DNA of 64,000 nucleotides from an uncultured candidate division Zixibacteria bacterium. Lineage in GTDB: Bacteria; Zixibacteria; MSB-5A5; UBA10806. Within the stretch, counting starts at the first letter, position 1, and every line of letters starts with the position of its first letter. A model generated the notes under the pieces. That model had not been told where the DNA came from. It saw nothing but the letters and a program-made list of their open reading frames with translations, and made no database searches. The stretch spans positions 96,001-160,000 of the forward strand of contig CAWFQL010000009.1 in NCBI GenBank assembly GCA_963817915.1. The letters are read 5' to 3'. Below, piece by piece: positions 62,449 through 64,000 of the stretch. The position numbers and the translations under genes were made by a program.

Positions 62449-63981
62449 ATGAGAAATATTTTACTCAAGCAGACGACACAGCAAGCCGCCATTATTATTA
62501 TTTTCTTCAATGCTATTTCGCTACTCCTTGGCATATTGAGGGAATCAATAATGGCTCGTTATTTTGGGACTTCTGCTGAATACGATATTTTATTGGTCGC
62601 AATATCCATTCCTAATTTGATAAGCGGTATTCTCTTTTTTGCGCTGCCTTCCGCAAGTATACCTTATTTCCAAAAAGTTGGTGGAAATCCTTTCTTCAAG
62701 AAAGGTGCATTTGCATCTACATTTATAGGCCTAAACAGCATAATGATAATAGTTCTGACGATAACTATTTTTGTATTTTTGCCGATTTTCCGCCCGATAT
62801 TGTCGAAGGGTTTGGCTGCCGATAAGGTTGATTTGGTAATAACCTATGGCAGGATATTGTGTCTCTTAATTCCGTTTAGAGCGTACGAAGCTCTCTTGGG
62901 GAGTTTATTGAATGCCAAACACCGATTTGTTTCAACTTCCGCCGCTTCCCTTTTTCTTAATCTGGCGGTTATCGCAATTATAATTTCTTTTTTCCCTTCA
63001 TTGGGCTCCAAATCATATATTATTGCTTGGCTGTCCGGCGCGTTCCTAGCGGCAGTGTCTCTGATCATACCGGCATATTTTGTTAAACAAGATGAAGGAA
63101 ATACTGATGACGAATTTGATAAATTCGGCTATATGAAAATTCTAGGCACTATTATCGTTATTGATGGACTTGGACTTATAATTGATCCGTTCGACAGGTA
63201 TTTGGGTAGCATATTTCTCGCGCCCGGATACGTATCAGCCGTTAATTATGCGAATGTTATCGCTGGTGTACCAATCAGGATATTAATGTTTTCGCTGGGA
63301 ACAGCCATTTTCCCTTCGCTGACCGAAAAAGTCGCTGCGCAGGATACAAATGATATATCTCGAATTTATCATAAAGCGATTGGCGTTTGTGTCTTCGTGA
63401 CTCTTCCTATGACCACATTTTTCCTATTTTACGCAAATGAGATTGTAAGAATATTATTTGAACACGGTAAATTTATTGATAATTCGAGATTAATGACGGT
63501 AAATATTTTAAGCATTTATCTTCTCGGTTCATTTTTTATGGCAGCATTCTATATTCAACTAAAGATGTTCTATGCTATGCGAACATGGAAACCCGTCATT
63601 ATTGTTAAAATATTTTCCCTAACCGTCAAATGTCTTATAGGAATATTGCTCATTAATTCATATTGGTCGTTTGCGATTGCGGGTGGTACAATTATATCGA
63701 TGGCCATATCTTTCTTGTTTCTTGAGTTTTATCTTATTCGAAGTTTACATATTCATTATTCCAAGTCGGATCGCCAATTAATATCAAAGGCTACATATTC
63801 GGCGCTTGTACTTATTCTCTGCATTGTGATGTTTCATTTTCTTTTCTCATTTCTGAAGAACGAAAATATTATCATTGAAATGGCAGTTAACACCATACTT
63901 TGTTTCGGTATTTTAGTTCTATTGGATAAAAAGTATTCAATTAGCGGATTGAAATATTCAATTAATCAAAATAATAAATAA
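62449..63981 (+). CDS. MurJ/MviN-like lipid-linked oligosaccharide flippase (MOP superfamily)
   Basis: LGILRESIMARYFGTS, SAVNYA..P, TAIFPSL and ILFEHGKF motifs; about 14 TM. Confidence 0.8.
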   Translation: MRNILLKQTTQQAAIIIIFFNAISLLLGILRESIMARYFGTSAEYDILLVAISIPNLISGILFFALPSASIPYFQKVGGNPFFKKGAFASTFIGLNSIMIIVLTITIFVFLPIFRPILSKGLAADKVDLVITYGRILCLLIPFRAYEALLGSLLNAKHRFVSTSAASLFLNLAVIAIIISFFPSLGSKSYIIAWLSGAFLAAVSLIIPAYFVKQDEGNTDDEFDKFGYMKILGTIIVIDGLGLIIDPFDRYLGSIFLAPGYVSAVNYANVIAGVPIRILMFSLGTAIFPSLTEKVAAQDTNDISRIYHKAIGVCVFVTLPMTTFFLFYANEIVRILFEHGKFIDNSRLMTVNILSIYLLGSFFMAAFYIQLKMFYAMRTWKPVIIVKIFSLTVKCLIGILLINSYWSFAIAGGTIISMAISFLFLEFYLIRSLHIHYSKSDRQLISKATYSALVLILCIVMFHFLFSFLKNENIIIEMAVNTILCFGILVLLDKKYSISGLKYSINQNNK

Positions 63982-64000
63982 GTATTAATTGAATAATAAC

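Noticed and set aside
639..63068. Many short antisense or alternate-frame ORFs in the track (e.g. 13598-14116, 49227-49601, 51054-51500, 53418-53912)
   Set aside because: They overlap well-supported genes and show no recognisable motifs; treated as shadow ORFs

Overview
Bacterial chromosomal window of about 43% GC (estimated by eye), mostly core genes on the + strand. A large secreted protein with a Cys-rich C-terminal dockerin-like domain and a PorV-like gene suggest an FCB-superphylum organism, most likely candidate Zixibacteria (inference). Gene order: rpsA (5'-truncated); an LPS core/export operon (four GT9, msbA, GT4, GT2, ligase-like membrane protein) running into rel, pgeF, two OM beta-barrels and uppP; amrS, aminotransferase, ROK, MFS and a small Cys-rich ORF missing from the track; an archaemetzincin-like protein, SRPBCC protein and DUF1998 (MrfA/Hrq1-type) helicase; PAP2 and mtaB; a complete nuoA-N operon; a Fur-family gene, tRNA-Ala(GGC), a PorV-like gene and a small AT-rich islet; a 1441-aa surface protein; natAB-like ABC genes and pmbA/tldD (TldD has a Tat signal); a sigma54-driven PEP-CTERM gene; tRNA-Ser(GCT); DUF4395/DUF4386/DUF1697 genes, GT2, surE, TPR and a MurJ-like flippase. 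About 17 single-base frameshifts, one in nuoI, most likely reflect sequencing/assembly indels. No transposase, integrase or CRISPR-Cas was seen. Best leads: a Fibrobacter-type LexA box over the helicase promoter, a dispersed ~28-nt REP-like family often bracketed by long direct duplications, a Tat-targeted TldD with signal-less PmbA, and an archaemetzincin lacking its third Zn-binding His.
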